Positions 14,144-24,794 of a stretch of DNA of 64,000 nt are shown piece by piece (within the stretch, counting starts at the first letter, position 1; each line of letters opens with the position of its first letter). The stretch is from Cyanophora paradoxa CCMP329 (Eukaryota; Plantae; Glaucophyta), in assembly GCA_004431415.1 (NCBI GenBank), contig QPMI01000496.1, forward strand, positions 434,001-498,000, in the 5' to 3' direction. Both the position numbers and the translations under genes were made by a program. The notes beneath the pieces were generated by a model, which saw nothing but the letters and a program-made list of their open reading frames with translations, searched no databases and was not told the origin of the DNA.

Positions 14144-14565
14144 GCCTCAGTAACAATTTAAAACCTCTAATTTTTTACTGTATTTTTTGAACGGTTTTTT
14201 ACTGTATTTTTTACACTAGAAACAACGATAGAAAAGACAATAAAAACAATAGAATTGTAATTGCTTTTTAATCGTATATACGTCACTATATCAATATAGT
14301 ATATACGATATATATCATAGAAAATCGATTTATGGTCATACCTATAACATATCTATTTGTGTATATGTGATATATATATATATATGACGTCATAATGACG
14401 ATGCATATGTATATAATATATATGACATACCACGTGACTCGGGAGATTATGACGATCACGGCGATGTGTATATTGTCATGATGTATATGTATATATATGT
14501 GTGACGCAATCTGATTGGCTCACTGACTTTCAATGTATCCCCCTTCAACTTCTCCCCAGGTTTCG

Positions 14566-14649
14566 ATGTGAGATAAAATGTGATATTAAATGTGAGATAA
14601 AATGTGATATTATATGTGAGATTCTATGTGAGATATAATGTGATATAAA
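14566..14649 (+). repeat. Tandem 12-bp repeat, 7 copies of ATGTGA(G/T)ATWHW
   Basis: Units: ATGTGAGATAAA, ATGTGATATTAA, ATGTGAGATAAA, ATGTGATATTAT, ATGTGAGATTCT, ATGTGAGATATA, ATGTGATATAAA. Confidence 0.9.
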
Positions 14650-14718
14650 AGTTATAAATTAAATGTTTACTTTGCTCAATTTCTATTGGTCCATGCCACA
14701 GAGTAGTGATTTTTCATT

Positions 14719-14790
14719 AAATGCGCCATAAATTGCGCCATAAAATGCACCATAAAATGCGCCATAAAATGCGCCATAAAATGCGCCATG
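14719..14790 (+). repeat. Tandem 12-bp repeat, 6 copies of AAATGCGCCATA
   Basis: Six near-identical units read directly from the sequence. Confidence 0.9.
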
Positions 14791-15035
14791 AAAACCCGGG
14801 GAATAAACCGTAGTAGGGTATATGATCTCACAAGGTTCAAGTTTCGCTCACGTTTCACCGAAGTTTCGGTAAATCGATTATCGGCATCTTCAAACGCTTG
14901 TATCTCACCACCAGATGGTCAACTCGCAACGTTTTGCATAGCGTTTTGAAGCGCTTGTTAAGCTCTACGCAACTACGTAATCATCGTATTATTTCAAGCT
15001 ACCTTGCCATACAATATTTCTCACAAATCGTCCTT

Positions 15036-15793
15036 TCACACACTGATTGTGGTCATTTCTCGTTGGATCCGAGCCATCTGACCCCTTTTAATTGCTTTTC
15101 TCTTCACAAACTTCTTAAAGCCCTTTATATCATCATCAGTTAGTACTGCTCTATCAGTATAGGTCTTGATATCATAACCTTGCAGGCTAGCTATGACAGT
15201 TTGGTAATTATAACCCATAGTCTATGCAATTCCTTGTAGGTCTTCTTATCCATTCCACCATTGTACTCATCAAAGGCGCAATTGAATTCCTTTTCATTCC
15301 CAAGTATATTGAAAAATACAACGAACTCCACATTACGACGAATGGTAGTAGAAATTGAGCATAAACGCTGAACATTAAATATCACAGAAATTGAATAATG
15401 GCGGCCGCTCGTGACCAATTTAGATAACACAGCCGAATTATGCATATCCAAATTGGAACCTATCATGTCATCGAGTATGATTACTAAGTTATTTCGTTTC
15501 TCATTGTTCTCGATTCGTTTCTTTTGCATACTGATCAATCTCAAAACAATGTTATCATCCCATTCCTCATAGATGTTATCTGGATGGGTGATGTCATTGA
15601 ATTGCCCAGTAAAAGCTGTTGAACTAAATATTACGATCTGATCGATCTTGTCACGAAGCTCGTAAAGTAAGTATTTTGTAAACATTGTCTTACCTGTATT
15701 GGAGCGACCAACATTTAAAATTCTCGTTGGGATTCGAACTGTCTTACTCGGATCGAACTCCGGAATATCATCTAAGTTTACTGTGTTATCCAT
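15036..15793 (-). CDS. A32-like (FtsK/HerA) genome-packaging ATPase, with one apparent 1-nt frameshift near 15220
   Basis: Walker A GRSNTGKT, Walker B VIILDD, SGRHYSISVIFNVQ and IRRN motifs in ORF 15191-15793. The C-terminus continues as TMGYNYQTVIA... in ORF 15036-15218. Confidence 0.9.
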
Positions 15794-15874
15794 TACAGTA
15801 ATAACATAAAAAACAAAATAAACTGCTCACCTACTTAATTTCTGAGCTTCCTACTCTAACGAAAGAAAAGAACT

Positions 15875-17100
15875 TTAGAAGTTCGAGACTTTCAGGGTAG
15901 AGATGTTGTAGCCATTGAGGACCATAACATTGTGTCGCAGGGCATAGATATCAACCTGAACAGGAGCAGCATCAGTGCATCCCGAAACAGTGAGATCCAT
16001 GTAACTCGAGCTGCTGTTGAAGAAATCCTGGTAACCCATAACCGAGTTCCGAAGCGAATCTTTTCCGGACTTGGAAAGAACAATTCCATAAACATTTCCA
16101 GACTCGAATCCGTAGGTGGTATTGCCCACAGTAACACCCTTGTAATGAGAGGGAATGTGATTGACAGCAGAGAGGAAACCGGAAATGGGTTTGTTAGAGA
16201 TATCAAGGGAGCGATTGTTGTGGAAGATCTGGAACTGATCGATTTTAACATCCGAAACATGACCACAGAAATCAGAATGAGTGTAGGTGTTGAGTTTGTT
16301 CACCTCTCGAACAGTCATGAGAATCGAATGAACCAGACCGGAAACATTAGCAAGTGTAACCTCGACCGATTCACCAGCATCAGCAGTTTTAAGCGCTCGG
16401 GTCTTCTTGTGGATGACCTCTGTGATCGGGATGCGAATGCCACCTTGTTCGTTTGCCATCTTTAGGAGTGTCTCAGCCTCAGCCGAAGCGATGTTTACGA
16501 ATTGGCAGATCAGGGAGCAATCCGCAAAGGTAACAGATCCACCGGCAGGAACTTTGACTATCCAGCATCACGGAAATCCACCTCAATCGTTGGCATATCC
16601 GCCAGCGTACATAATGGAAAGTAAGCATCATCCCAGAAAGCAGCGGGGATTTTAACAATGTATTCCATAGCCTCATCTGTGCTTTCACGATCAAGTTCTT
16701 TGAAGTAACCGAGAGAAGCATACATGCTGCCCATAGTAGCATGATCATTATCGATTAGGGCGTTTACAGTGATCCAATCACCAGGGATGATATACTTGAA
16801 ACCACCATGAACGAAGCGGACCTCATTAATAAAGGAAGAACCACCATTGGGGAGGGTGCAGGCTACCTCACCACCAGTGACAATCTTGAAATAGAGCGAA
16901 ACACCAGCAAGGAGTTGCTTGCGAGGTAGATCAAAGTAAGCGGTATTCTTAAAGCCAAAAGTATTGCCTCGGGGGCGAACTTGCTCGAGGAATGGTTTGT
17001 ACTTGGGGTTGGTTCCGATTTGGAGACCAGGGGATAGATAAATTTGATCGGAACCGGGAGTTACGAGGAGTTCCTTAAGGGTAGTTCCAGTGAGTGCCAT
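15875..17100 (-). CDS. Major capsid protein (double jelly roll, about 408 aa), split by a 1-nt frameshift near 16560
   Basis: N-half has DQIYL...FGFKNTAYFDLPRKQLL...FINEVRF...IPAAFW...FPLCTL...IEVDF. C-half ends VDIYALRHNVMVLNG. Adding one base at GATGCTGG^ATAGTC joins ORFs 16558-17100 and 15875-16459 through an open linker IVKVPAGGSVTFADCSLICQFVNI. Flanked by the ATPase and penton genes. Confidence 0.8.
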
Positions 17101-17152
17101 CTCTTATGTTTAAAATACCAAAAGAAATTTTTAAAATGCTTTATTAAACAGA

Positions 17153-18052
17153 ATGACGCGTCATTACCTTAATATTGATTCTCGGGATCGGGATGATGGA
17201 ACCCCAACAAACTTCACTTACAAAATTCCCCATGCAATCCAAAATGTGAGGGCATGCAGAGTGACCAATTTCGAGATGTTCAATAACATTTACAATCTCA
17301 GCGAGAATGGAAGTTTGATTACAGGAACCTATGATGCTGGGGATGTAATTAAAACTAAGAATAACACTATTTCAAAAGGGACATATACTTCGGATAGTTT
17401 GGTGAATCTTCTAAATGCAAAACTTGCTTCACAAGTGTATGGTGCAGCAGGAACTACCTATACTCGCCATTTTCATGTAACCTATGATCCTGTTACCATG
17501 TTTCTAAGGTTCATGTGCGATGCAACATTTACCCTCTCCTTTGGAAGTCGGATCTTAGCGAACTTCCTTGGTTTCCCAGATCGCAGACCTGACAGTTCTG
17601 AAAATGGTTATGCTTCTGCCCTGCTCGATTCGCCAGTAACAGTTGGAGCAAATACTTATAATTACTACATTGACAGTGTTATACCACTCGATCTTCTGTT
17701 CAATTCTTACATCCTTCTTCATGTTGACCCACTCAAAGGCAACTATGTAAGCAAGAACACCAGCGATGATAAAGCCCTTGCAAAAATTGAGATTGACCAA
17801 ACGGTAGGCAGTCTACTAAAATACGATTCATCGAATAATTCCATGATATTGCATGAGCAAAATGGTTTGGTGGAAGTTGAAACGCTAAAAGTTCGTCTCA
17901 CATACTGGAATGGTGTTGAAACTGATATTACTACAGATTGGTCGATGACTCTCGAACTGATTACTGAAGATGATAAAGATCTGACGAAGAAAGCATTGAA
18001 GAATGTCATAAAAGAGTTGGAGGGACTCTACCTGCCGTTCTCACGGTCATAG
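17153..18052 (+). CDS. Minor capsid (penton) protein, single jelly roll
   Basis: LNIDSRDR...NF.Y......NV, NIYNL, KGTYT, LANFLGF, YILLHVD, ALAKI and LKVRLTYWNG...DWSMTLEL, the motif pattern of PLV/virophage/NCLDV pentons. Divergent from the MCP gene across 52 bp. Confidence 0.85.
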   Translation: MTRHYLNIDSRDRDDGTPTNFTYKIPHAIQNVRACRVTNFEMFNNIYNLSENGSLITGTYDAGDVIKTKNNTISKGTYTSDSLVNLLNAKLASQVYGAAGTTYTRHFHVTYDPVTMFLRFMCDATFTLSFGSRILANFLGFPDRRPDSSENGYASALLDSPVTVGANTYNYYIDSVIPLDLLFNSYILLHVDPLKGNYVSKNTSDDKALAKIEIDQTVGSLLKYDSSNNSMILHEQNGLVEVETLKVRLTYWNGVETDITTDWSMTLELITEDDKDLTKKALKNVIKELEGLYLPFSRS

Positions 18053-18088
18053 GAAATACTGTAGAATAAATTTGTCTCGATATTACAA

Positions 18089-18873
18089 ATGGCTCGCAAG
18101 ACTCAGCCCAAGAATTTCTTAGCCAAACCAGTTGAGCAAGCAGAACCAGAACGGAAACAGTTTAAGAAATCGAAAGGAACCGCAGCATACGGAACTGGTG
18201 ATCTCGATAAAAATGTCCACCAGACCATGAATGCTCACACAATTGCGCTTACTTCAAACTCAAATGATGATAATGCCCTGGTTGACCAAGTCCCACTGAA
18301 CCGCATGCCCGGAGCGAAACGAGGAATCAAGAAAGGGCAGTTCAAATCATCCACGAAGGACAAGGTTGCCTCATCATCGACACTGCTGAAACTGCTTGAT
18401 GGTGGTGAGAGACTCTACTCAACCTATTCCGAGAAAGACCATCGCAACCGCTACTTTATTCGTTCAACCACTGGTGGACTGAAATCTGTGACATATCAGT
18501 ATGCTAAGAGTCTTGTTGATGGTATTGCAGCAGAGACCAAAAACGAAAACAAGATCAAGGAACAGCCAATCACAAAGGAGAAGGTTGAGAAGAAACCAGA
18601 GGTAACCATGAAGTAATCCCTGAACCTGTTCATGTCGCAAAAGACTCACCAACAGAACTGATTGCAAAGACAATCGATTACCAAGACTCCAACAAAACGG
18701 ATTTGCCGGTTCTCAATAAATCGATCCTCCGGGTTGCCACTTCGCAGGCTGATCCAGTCAACTCGATTCCAAATGCTGCCCAATGGTCTCAGGGTTTGCA
18801 AAGCTTGGTATTAGACCCGGTTATCGCCGTTAAGGATCATTTCAGAATTTTTAAAAATCTTGAACATTGTTAG
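18089..18873 (+). CDS. Lys-rich viral protein of unknown function (candidate core/structural protein); probably extends past a 1-nt frameshift near 18607
   Basis: 175-aa ORF to 18616. An overlapping frame HEVIPEPVHVAKD...FKNLEHC* stays open to 18873. Confidence 0.6.
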
Positions 18874-19183
18874 CGCTACGTAACCAATCTTATCCCGTAG
18901 GCTCAAAACTTCTTCATTTTTATGGAGGCGTTGTAGAGCGAAGTGAAAATATCCATAGGTAAATCACTTTAATCACCTGTTCTACCGGGTTCAGTGGTAG
19001 AAACTTGCAGCCGACAAGTGAGCCTATTTGGTTTCGGTGGCTTTATCATTTTTCCAGCATCTTCTTTCGTACTGGATGCTCTGCAATCGGACCAAAATTT
19101 GACAGGAGTTTAATCGCTATATACAGACAGAAAAACTACTTAAAGATTTCTTAACATATATTAAGAGAGTAGAAAAGGACAAA

Positions 19184-19441
19184 ATGCCAATCAGTGAGGC
19201 TCAGAAGCGTGCTACTTATCGTTATCGTAAAAGTGAAAAAGGTCAGGAATATTTAAAAAAGTATAATGCGAAATTCGCAAAGCAAATGCGTGATTTATAC
19301 CATACTGATGAGTGTTACAGAGCCATGAGAATCGTTGAGAGTTCCCAGCGTCTCTATGCTTCCAATGCAGTCTGCTTTGTGAAGTATCTCTATGGTGTCC
19401 CGTATTCTAACCGTGGTCGCAAATCGAAATATCTCTGTTAA
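19184..19441 (+). CDS. Small basic viral protein (85 aa), putative DNA-binding
   Basis: N-terminus MPISEAQKRATYRYRK resembles the S.AQKRA..(K/R)Y start of small viral and phage proteins. Good ATG context. Confidence 0.65.
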   Translation: MPISEAQKRATYRYRKSEKGQEYLKKYNAKFAKQMRDLYHTDECYRAMRIVESSQRLYASNAVCFVKYLYGVPYSNRGRKSKYLC

Positions 19442-19682
19442 TTGTTTTTCTCAGCGCGATCTGCTCTGAGAAACCCGTGGGAACCGCGCTGGAACCACAA
19501 ATAAAATCATTCTGTTATTTTTAGAGTTCGATGATCGAGCCAACCCTTTGTTATTTTTATGAATGCCCTCGACTAAATTTATTTTGTTGGAGACTTTTGG
19601 TTTTGTCGGTAAAATTTGACGCGAGTATAAAAGTATTTAAAGAAAACTTTTGTAGGTATATATTAATAGAGTGAACAAAGAA

Positions 19683-22600
19683 ATGCCTCGACCAAGTAAT
19701 CGGATTTCGAAGAATTTGCAGGATGAGATTCTTGGTTACTACATGCAAGCAAAAGTAGAAGACAAATTGACCCGAGAGCAGGATATCTATTTCTTGAGAG
19801 AATTTACTTTCAAAGCAATTAGAATTCCAAAGTTGATTGATATCAGAGATACACTGAGAGGTATCGTAGAGCCTCGTTTGTATCGCAAGCAGGAGAAGAA
19901 GGAAGCCAGAGCGGAGAGGGCTGCAAAGAATGTTGCAAAACGGCAAGCAAAGACCAAAGAAGTGCAGAAATACAAAAGAAATCAGCAGAAGAAGGCCAAG
20001 AAGCAAGAGAGGGTTCAAAAATGGAAGTCAAAGCAGGAAGCCAACCAGGTTCAGGTAATGAATGCCATGAATCACCTAGTCGAAGAGATTACATGGAAAA
20101 ACGCTAAGAAAAACCTAATTAACACAATCCATCGGTTTATCACTGAGAAGATAGGATGGGATGATCTCCACAGAAGACTTCAAGAGGCTTTGGACAGACA
20201 CAATGGAATTAAGTTCCAGTTCAAAGTGAAGGCCAATTACAAATACAAGGAGAAGCAAAATGGAAGGTGGACAGGAGAGTACCAATACGCAACCAGATAT
20301 CCAAGCTCAATGCAGTTTTACCTAGTTCTTCCAGCAAATGACCTAACGGATATCGTAAGGCAAGCTGTGGATGATCTGCATGAAATCATGACAGCCATTG
20401 AGTATGCAGAGGTTCACAATATTCTCGAAGTAACCCTACAAATTCTATCTTACACACCTCTGACAGGAAGTTCTTACATTCCTCTTCCAGAAGAGATTGA
20501 AAAGAGAAAGGCTGTTATCAATCCTAAGAATGAAGACCAAGAATGTTTCCGACATGCTGTTAAGATTGGCTTGCATCACAATGATGTCATTCGAAACCAC
20601 AGATCTGAATTGAAACGATACAGTAAGTGGGACAAGGAATTTGATTGGAGTCGCTTTGAGTTCCCAGTCAAGAATGATTCTAGAGTTTACGATCTAGCTT
20701 CAAAGATGATTGGTAGACCTATCAATGTCTACTTCCTTGATAACAAGAAACGAGTCTTCCCTATCCATGTGAACAAGAACCCAGCAGAGCAGCACAAGAC
20801 CATTGACCTTTTGATGTGGAGTGATGGGGAGAACACCCATTATGGCTTCATTTCAAGTCTATCGAGACTCATTCCAAGCTCACACAAGGAAACGAAGTAT
20901 TTCTGTAAATGCTGCTTGAAGGGATTTACAGGTCAAAGGATCCTCGATAATCACATTAGACTAAGCAGATGCTATGAACGACCAACAGCAACTATTGATG
21001 TGATGCCTGAAGCAGGAAGCTGTATTATGTGGGATCCACAGAGAAATGCAGACAAAACAGTTTGGCATCCGATGTTTGCAGTTGCTGATTTCGAGTGTCT
21101 CCTGAAATCTGTTGAAAGTGTTGTGACTCGTGTTGATGAGAAAGGTGTTAAATACGATTCAAATAATAACGAGATCAACACCGAAATTTACCAAAAGCAC
21201 ATCCCTTGCGCTTACAAAATCATGATCATGCATAAGGACAAGATCCTAAGAGAAGTCCTCTACCAGAAACAAGATCCAAACAACGATGATGAGGTAATCA
21301 ATCATTTCATGACAACTCTCAAAAATATGGAGGCTGAGTTGCTTGAAAAGGTGAGAGAGGTCGAGCCAATAAAGATGGATCGATATGACAAAATGAATTT
21401 CAAAGAAGCCACATGCTGCTACATTTGCGAGGATCAATTCGTTAAATATGGAGAAGAGGGTAAGGTTTTCATTACAAAGAAAGTCAGGGATCATGATCAT
21501 ACCACAGGTAAATATCTTGGGGCTGCCTGTGATAAATGCAACCTGAGAAGAAGGGTTAACCCTAAAATTCCTGTTATATTCCACAATCTGAAAGGGTATG
21601 ATGGACACTACATTCTAAAAGCTCTCGGTGAGCATGCAGACCCAGGAAAAGAGATCCGCTGTATCGCTGAGAATTTCGAGAAGTTCAAGTGTTTCGACTT
21701 TAACAGCTACAAATTCGTTGATTCCCTGAATTTCATGCAAGAAAGTCTTGACAAACTTGCTAGTAATCTCGGTCACAGAGACAACTATAAATACACCAAT
21801 GAATGGTGTGACCAGCATACAATTACGGAGACCCAAAGAGAACTCCTGATGAGGAAGGGATTCTTCCCTTATGATTACTTGGATTGCCTTGATAGACTCA
21901 GCGAAACTAAACTTCCCAGCAAAGAGGCTTTCTTCTCAAAGCTTAATGATCGTGAAATTAGCGACAGTGACTACAAGCATTGTCAGAAGGTGTGGGATGC
22001 ATTTGATTGCAAGACACTTGGAGATTACATGAAGATCTACCTTGAAACTGATGTGTTCCTTCTCGCTGATGTGTTTGGTCACAATTTCCGACAGAGATGC
22101 TATAAAGATTATGGACTTGATCCTATCCATTTCATTTCAGCTCCACACCTCAGTTGGAATGCTATGTTGAAACTTACGAAGGTTGTTCTCGAAAACATTG
22201 ATGATGATGAAATGTATCGTATGTTCGAGCTTGGAATTCGTGGTGGAATATCGATGATAGCTACGCGGAATGCTCAGGCTAACAATCCATACATGAAGAA
22301 CTTTGATCCAACAAAGCCAATAAAATACATCATCACATGGGATGCCAACAATTTGTATGGATTTGCTATGTGTCAAAAGTTACCTATTGGTGATTTTGAA
22401 TGGATCGATAACGTTGAAGACTTTGATTACATGAAATTTGATGCTGATGGTGAAACTGGGGCATTATTGGAGGTTGATTTGGAGTATCCAGATCATTTGC
22501 ATGATGAGCATAGCGATTACCCACTAGCACCTGAATCTATGGTAGTAACTGAGGACATGTTATCACCTTCCCAACTTGAAATGCTTGGTGAAGAAAAGCT

Positions 22601-23681
22601 TCCTGGAAACCGAAAGTTGGTACCCAATCTGAACAACAAACACAACTACGTTCTTCACATCAAGAATCTGCAATACTATGTATCAAAGGGTATGATTGTG
22701 AAGAAGATCCATCGAGGGATTGAATTCAAACAATCGGCTTGGTTGAAACCTTACATTGATTTCAATACTGAGAAAAGGAAGCAGGCACAAAATGATTTCG
22801 ATAAGGATTTCTACAAGCTCATGAATAATTCGGTGTATGGAAAAACCATGGAGAATGTCCGGAATCGTAGCAACATCAAACTCTGCCACAACCCAGAGAA
22901 GCAGGCGAAACTGAATGCAAACCCTCTACTGAAAAAGGTTAAGATCATCACCGAGAACCTGACAGCAGTTGAAATGTATCGTGGAACTATTCTTCTCGAT
23001 AAACCAATCTATGTTGGTCAGGCGATCCTTGATTTATCAAAACTTGTCATGTATCAGTTCCACTACGATTACATTCGCAAGAAGTATGGATCGAAAGCCA
23101 AACTCCTCATGACTGACACAGATTCGCTGTATTACATTATTGAGACCGAGGATCTATACAAGGATATGAACTCTGACTCTCATTTGTTCGATCAATCGGA
23201 ATACAGTCCTTCTCACATTTGCTACAATCCTCAAAATAAAAAGGTTCCTGGTTTATTCAAGGATGATGCCGGTGATTTGGTTGTAACTGACTTTGCAGGA
23301 TACAAACCAAAGGCCTACTCTTATTTGAAGGATTTGAATGTCAAGGCTCTTGGTTCGGAAGAAGATGTGAAAAAGGTGATTGCTAAAAGGTTGAAGGATA
23401 GTGGGAAAAGTTCAGAAGAAGATGTAAAGAAAGATACTGTAAAGAGGTTGAAGGGAATCCAGAGATGTGTAGTTAAAAACAAATTAGAGTATAAGCATTT
23501 CTATGATACTGTCATGGGGCAAGAGCAGGATCCTGTTACAGTTAGAGGAATTCGTTCAAAGAACCACGAGGTATCAACACTTGAAATGAAAAAGAGGGCA
23601 TTCAATGCGCTTGATACCAAGAGGTATCTTTGCGAGGATAAGGTGAATACTCTTGCAATTGGGCATTACAGAACTCGCTAA
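19683..23681 (+). CDS. polB: Protein-primed family B DNA polymerase polyprotein (1332 aa): putative terminal protein, OTU-like protease domain, C2H2 finger, exonuclease with Endo VII-like insert, polymerase
   Basis: Exo I ADFEC, Exo II FHNLKGYDGH, Exo III YLETDV; Pol A DANNLYG, Pol B KLMNNSVYGK, Pol C TDTDS. Also NPKNEDQECF...THY, CKCCLKGF.....LDNH, and CYIC...VRDHDHTTGKYLGAACDKCN. Frame is uninterrupted. Confidence 0.97.
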   Translation: MPRPSNRISKNLQDEILGYYMQAKVEDKLTREQDIYFLREFTFKAIRIPKLIDIRDTLRGIVEPRLYRKQEKKEARAERAAKNVAKRQAKTKEVQKYKRNQQKKAKKQERVQKWKSKQEANQVQVMNAMNHLVEEITWKNAKKNLINTIHRFITEKIGWDDLHRRLQEALDRHNGIKFQFKVKANYKYKEKQNGRWTGEYQYATRYPSSMQFYLVLPANDLTDIVRQAVDDLHEIMTAIEYAEVHNILEVTLQILSYTPLTGSSYIPLPEEIEKRKAVINPKNEDQECFRHAVKIGLHHNDVIRNHRSELKRYSKWDKEFDWSRFEFPVKNDSRVYDLASKMIGRPINVYFLDNKKRVFPIHVNKNPAEQHKTIDLLMWSDGENTHYGFISSLSRLIPSSHKETKYFCKCCLKGFTGQRILDNHIRLSRCYERPTATIDVMPEAGSCIMWDPQRNADKTVWHPMFAVADFECLLKSVESVVTRVDEKGVKYDSNNNEINTEIYQKHIPCAYKIMIMHKDKILREVLYQKQDPNNDDEVINHFMTTLKNMEAELLEKVREVEPIKMDRYDKMNFKEATCCYICEDQFVKYGEEGKVFITKKVRDHDHTTGKYLGAACDKCNLRRRVNPKIPVIFHNLKGYDGHYILKALGEHADPGKEIRCIAENFEKFKCFDFNSYKFVDSLNFMQESLDKLASNLGHRDNYKYTNEWCDQHTITETQRELLMRKGFFPYDYLDCLDRLSETKLPSKEAFFSKLNDREISDSDYKHCQKVWDAFDCKTLGDYMKIYLETDVFLLADVFGHNFRQRCYKDYGLDPIHFISAPHLSWNAMLKLTKVVLENIDDDEMYRMFELGIRGGISMIATRNAQANNPYMKNFDPTKPIKYIITWDANNLYGFAMCQKLPIGDFEWIDNVEDFDYMKFDADGETGALLEVDLEYPDHLHDEHSDYPLAPESMVVTEDMLSPSQLEMLGEEKLPGNRKLVPNLNNKHNYVLHIKNLQYYVSKGMIVKKIHRGIEFKQSAWLKPYIDFNTEKRKQAQNDFDKDFYKLMNNSVYGKTMENVRNRSNIKLCHNPEKQAKLNANPLLKKVKIITENLTAVEMYRGTILLDKPIYVGQAILDLSKLVMYQFHYDYIRKKYGSKAKLLMTDTDSLYYIIETEDLYKDMNSDSHLFDQSEYSPSHICYNPQNKKVPGLFKDDAGDLVVTDFAGYKPKAYSYLKDLNVKALGSEEDVKKVIAKRLKDSGKSSEEDVKKDTVKRLKGIQRCVVKNKLEYKHFYDTVMGQEQDPVTVRGIRSKNHEVSTLEMKKRAFNALDTKRYLCEDKVNTLAIGHYRTR

Positions 23682-23713
23682 GGTTAGGTTAAAGAAATTG
23701 ATTGCTTATTGTA

Positions 23714-24794
23714 ATGGAGCAGGTATTGAGCTATACAAAATATAGACAAAAGCTAATCAATGAGGGTGTAAAGTTTGATGAGGATGAATTGAAAAAGAGA
23801 TTTAAAAACAGTGAATTGAATCAGATTTTCAAGAAGCCTACCAAGCCGAAATCGTTTCTTAGAATCGTAGCCCACCCAATTCTTTTCAGGTTGATATTAT
23901 ATATTTCAAGGATTATAAGACAGCAAACTATGGTGTGGATCGCATGCTAGTATTCGTAGATATTTTGAGTAGGAAGGGTTTTATATTTCCTTTCAAAATG
24001 GTCACTGGGAAGGAGAAGAACGATGAGAAGAAGATTGAGATTCTAAACAAATTTAAAAGCCAAGCTGGAACAGTCCAAGCTCTTTCCGGAGATAAGGAGT
24101 TTTCAGGGAATATTTACAAGAAATGGTGTGAGGATAATGGTGTGGTTTTATACACAGACATTGCCAAAGATGACCACATTACAGTTGGGGATAAACTCGG
24201 AATAGTTGATAGGTTCACAAGAACAATCAAGCAGTATTTAAGGAAGGCTATAAAGTCAACTGGGAACTCGAAGTGGACTGAATTTTATGAAGATGTGCTG
24301 GCGACTTACAATAACAGTCCACACAGTTCACTGAAGAATGATTCTCCAAATGCTGTGTATGGAAATAAAGAAAAGGAAACGTATGTTTACTTTCGTGATT
24401 CACTGCATAATAAGCATGTGAGAGAGGGATTACCAAAAGTGCAAGAAGGAGATTATGTGAGGGCTGTGAATCCAAAGGGAGTTTTCGAGAAAGAGGGTGC
24501 AAGGTTCAGTGAGAAAGTGTTTAAGGTGGCTGGTAAAGTTCAGAATAAATACAAACTTTTGGAGGATAATGAAGGTGAAACAGTTCGTGAAGTTCGAAGA
24601 AAATTCAAAATAAATGAGTTGCAAAAAGTAGATAAAGAGGCTGTCGTAAAGATACCAACCAAAAGAGAGTTGAGAGGGTAAAGAAAACCACAAATGTGAA
24701 TCGAGTGGTTTCCCAAAAAGAAGGAATAAAACCAAATCGTAAGAAAGTAGTTAGAAAGAGATATAATTTGAGAAGTGGATTAACTAAACGTTAA
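23714..24794 (+). CDS. Retroviral-type (rve) integrase with two apparent 1-nt frameshifts (near 23877 and 24664)
   Basis: Repaired frame reads HPNSFQVDII...MLVFVDILSRK...SGDKEF...IVDRFTRTIK...YNNSPHSSL...P, then an SH3-like GDYVR...FEK...FSEKVFKV and a basic tail ending RYNLRSGLTKR*. That stop overlaps the stop of the convergent gene in TTAA at 24791-24794. Consistent with the 6-bp TSD. Confidence 0.9.

Noticed and set aside
14676-14858. 60-aa ORF with MAHF repeats
   Set aside because: A by-product of the 12-bp tandem array, with a non-ATG start and no other coding support.
15932-16465. 177-aa plus-strand ORF and other antisense ORFs in the virus (e.g. 19557-20018, 21246-21608)
   Set aside because: They are shadows of the MCP and polB genes on the opposite strand.
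15036-24794. Programmed ribosomal frameshifting in viral genes
   Set aside because: No shared slippery heptamer at the five sites, and an obligatory shift in the middle of the MCP is implausible. Sequencing error or mutation is simpler.
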